64,000 nucleotides of DNA from Eubacteriaceae bacterium. Its GTDB lineage: Bacteria > Bacillota > Clostridia > Eubacteriales > Eubacteriaceae. Shown piece after piece: positions 62,695 through 64,000 of the stretch (the stretch's first letter is position 1; every line of letters starts with the position of its first letter). The position numbers and the translations under genes were made by a program. Below the pieces are notes generated by a model. The model was not told the origin of the DNA, made no database searches, and was given only the letters and a program-made list of their open reading frames with translations. The stretch is from assembly GCA_051649025.1 (NCBI GenBank), contig JBOFGH010000003.1, positions 4,261 through 68,260 of the forward strand, in the 5' to 3' direction.

Positions 62695-64000
62695 TTAGGC
62701 AAGCGATTCAAGGTCTTCAATGGTTTCCATAATTTCTAAAAGTCGATCTTCCAGTTTCGCTTTTTCAATGGAGAGCTCGTGTAGTGTTGTGTAATTACTG
62801 GTGTTCTTTTTCATTTCGGAGTCGATAATATCAAGTCGAGATTCTTTTTCTAATAATTCAAGAGATAAAGCTTCGTAGGCTTTTTTTTCTTTATAGGTTA
62901 GGCCTGGTTTTCTTTCCTTCGGTTGTAAATTTTCTTTTTCTTTTTTCATGTTTGTTTTAGGAGGTGTGGGAAGGTCTTTTTTATTAAAATCCAGGGGATG
63001 TTTTTCAATATATTCTGAATAATTTCCTGTTTGTGTGGTAATTTCCCCTGAACCTGTAAAAGCATAAATAGTTTGACAGGTTCGATCTAGAAAATAGCGA
63101 TCATGGGAAACCGTTAAAACAGTTCCTTGAAAATCATCTAAATAAGCTTCTAAAACTTTTAAGGTATCAATGTCTAGATCATTGGTTGGCTCATCTAAAA
63201 GAAGGACATTTGGGGCTAACATAAGAATGCCTAAAAGATATAGACGTCGTCGTTCTCCGCCTGATAATTCTGAGATATAAACCCACTGGCTGTTTTTGTC
63301 AAACAAAAATAATTCCATCATTTGAGAAGCAGTGATGATTTCACCTTTTGCATTTTCCATAAATTCACTTTTTTCTCGAATGTAATCAATGGCTCTGAGA
63401 TTGAGATCTAAATCTTCGGATTCCTGTGAAAAGTAGCCAAGATTAACGGTTTCCCCCAGAAGAATACTACCAGAGCTAGGCTCTAATTTTTTTGCTATTA
63501 AATTGAGCAAGGTCGTTTTTCCTAAACCGTTTTTTCCAATAATTCCAATGCGTTCGTGCTGTCCTAATATAGCAGAAAAATTGGAGATAATAATTTGGGT
63601 CTCAAAGGTTTTTCTTAAATGATCAATCTCAATAACATTTTTTCCTAGTCGGGTAAAACCAACGGAAATTTCAAATTGATCTTCGCTTAAATCAATTGCA
63701 TTTTCTTTGATTTCTTCAAACCGTTGAATTCTGGCTTTTTGTTTGGTCGTACGTGCTCTAGCACCTCTTTTAATCCAAGCAAGTTCGCGTCTAAAAAGGT
63801 TTTGGCGTTTTGTTTCGATGGCAGTTTGAGCATCTTTTCGCTGGGCTTTCAGTTCAAGGAAATCCGAGTAATTTCCAGTATATTCATAGAGGATTCCCTT
63901 ATCAAGCTCAATGGTTTTATTGACAACCCGATCGAGAAAATAACGGTCATGGGTGACCATTAATAGTGCCCCCTTTCGGTTTAGTAAAAAATTTTCCAGC
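62695..64000 (-). CDS. ABC-F family ATPase (5' end lies beyond the window)
   Basis: The frame stays open through 64000 (..LENFLLNRKGALLMVTHDRYFLD..). It shows the second ABC domain (GKNGLGKTT, LSGGERRRL, LLLDEPTNDLD), an inter-domain linker and a C-terminal coiled coil. Confidence 0.85.
   Translation of the reverse strand, partial: LENFLLNRKGALLMVTHDRYFLDRVVNKTIELDKGILYEYTGNYSDFLELKAQRKDAQTAIETKRQNLFRRELAWIKRGARARTTKQKARIQRFEEIKENAIDLSEDQFEISVGFTRLGKNVIEIDHLRKTFETQIIISNFSAILGQHERIGIIGKNGLGKTTLLNLIAKKLEPSSGSILLGETVNLGYFSQESEDLDLNLRAIDYIREKSEFMENAKGEIITASQMMELFLFDKNSQWVYISELSGGERRRLYLLGILMLAPNVLLLDEPTNDLDIDTLKVLEAYLDDFQGTVLTVSHDRYFLDRTCQTIYAFTGSGEITTQTGNYSEYIEKHPLDFNKKDLPTPPKTNMKKEKENLQPKERKPGLTYKEKKAYEALSLELLEKESRLDIIDSEMKKNTSNYTTLHELSIEKAKLEDRLLEIMETIEDLESLA

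Noticed and set aside
1-64000. CRISPR arrays, rRNA genes, IS transposases, retron or DGR reverse transcriptases
   Set aside because: No regularly spaced direct repeats with unique spacers, no rRNA-like sequence, and no transposase or RT-like ORFs were seen on either strand.

Overview
The window is a visibly AT-rich, low-GC Firmicutes/Clostridia-type chromosome segment. By inference it fits an acetogen of the Eubacteriaceae/Acetobacterium type, because it carries a selenocysteine formate dehydrogenase plus [FeFe]-hydrogenase (HDCR-type) cluster and three corrinoid-protein genes.

Layout:
- (1) 0.2-6.4 kb: regulators, class-3 fructose-1,6-bisphosphatase, and a corrinoid protein + GntR pair.
- (2) 6.5-14.4 kb: an integrated element of about 7.9 kb at tRNA-Val, bounded by a perfect 104-bp direct repeat. 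It carries an integrase, a CI/Cro-like switch, Xis, a replication gene with iterons, RusA, holin and endolysin, but no virion genes. Its right third is an unusual non-coding region: two diverged inverted copies of a hairpin-rich module flank a two-gene cassette of unknown function that shares the switch operator motif.
- (3) 14.5-27.5 kb: a minus-strand NRPS cluster. It comprises a 2954-aa A-T-C-A-T-C-A-T-R synthetase, a PaaK-like adenylating enzyme, a MATE exporter fused to an RsbW-like ATPase domain, and a PPTase.
- (4) 27.7-29.9 kb: a partner-switching module (membrane PP2C phosphatase, RsbW-like kinase, STAS antagonist) with no sigma factor gene.
- (5) 30-42.6 kb: a split permease with a ferredoxin fusion, Crp/Fnr, DUF3021, PhnA, VOC, an orphan vWA protein, ZIP, HdeD, Nfo, ArsR plus P-type ATPase, CDF, and a second corrinoid protein.
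- (6) 42.9-46.4 kb: an agr-like quorum-sensing locus, including a 50-aa AgrD precursor absent from the ORF track and an embedded tandem-repeat protein.
- (7) 46.6-57.9 kb: selA-selB-moeA-mobB, Sec-containing fdhF (in-frame UGA plus SECIS hairpin), two HycB-like ferredoxins, HydA-type hydrogenase, tRNA-Sec, and a formate/nitrite transporter.
- (8) 58-64 kb: a third corrinoid protein + GntR + DUF1638, murE, xth, and a partial ABC-F ATPase.

No CRISPR array, rRNA or IS transposase was seen. All family assignments come from reading motifs by eye; no searches were run.
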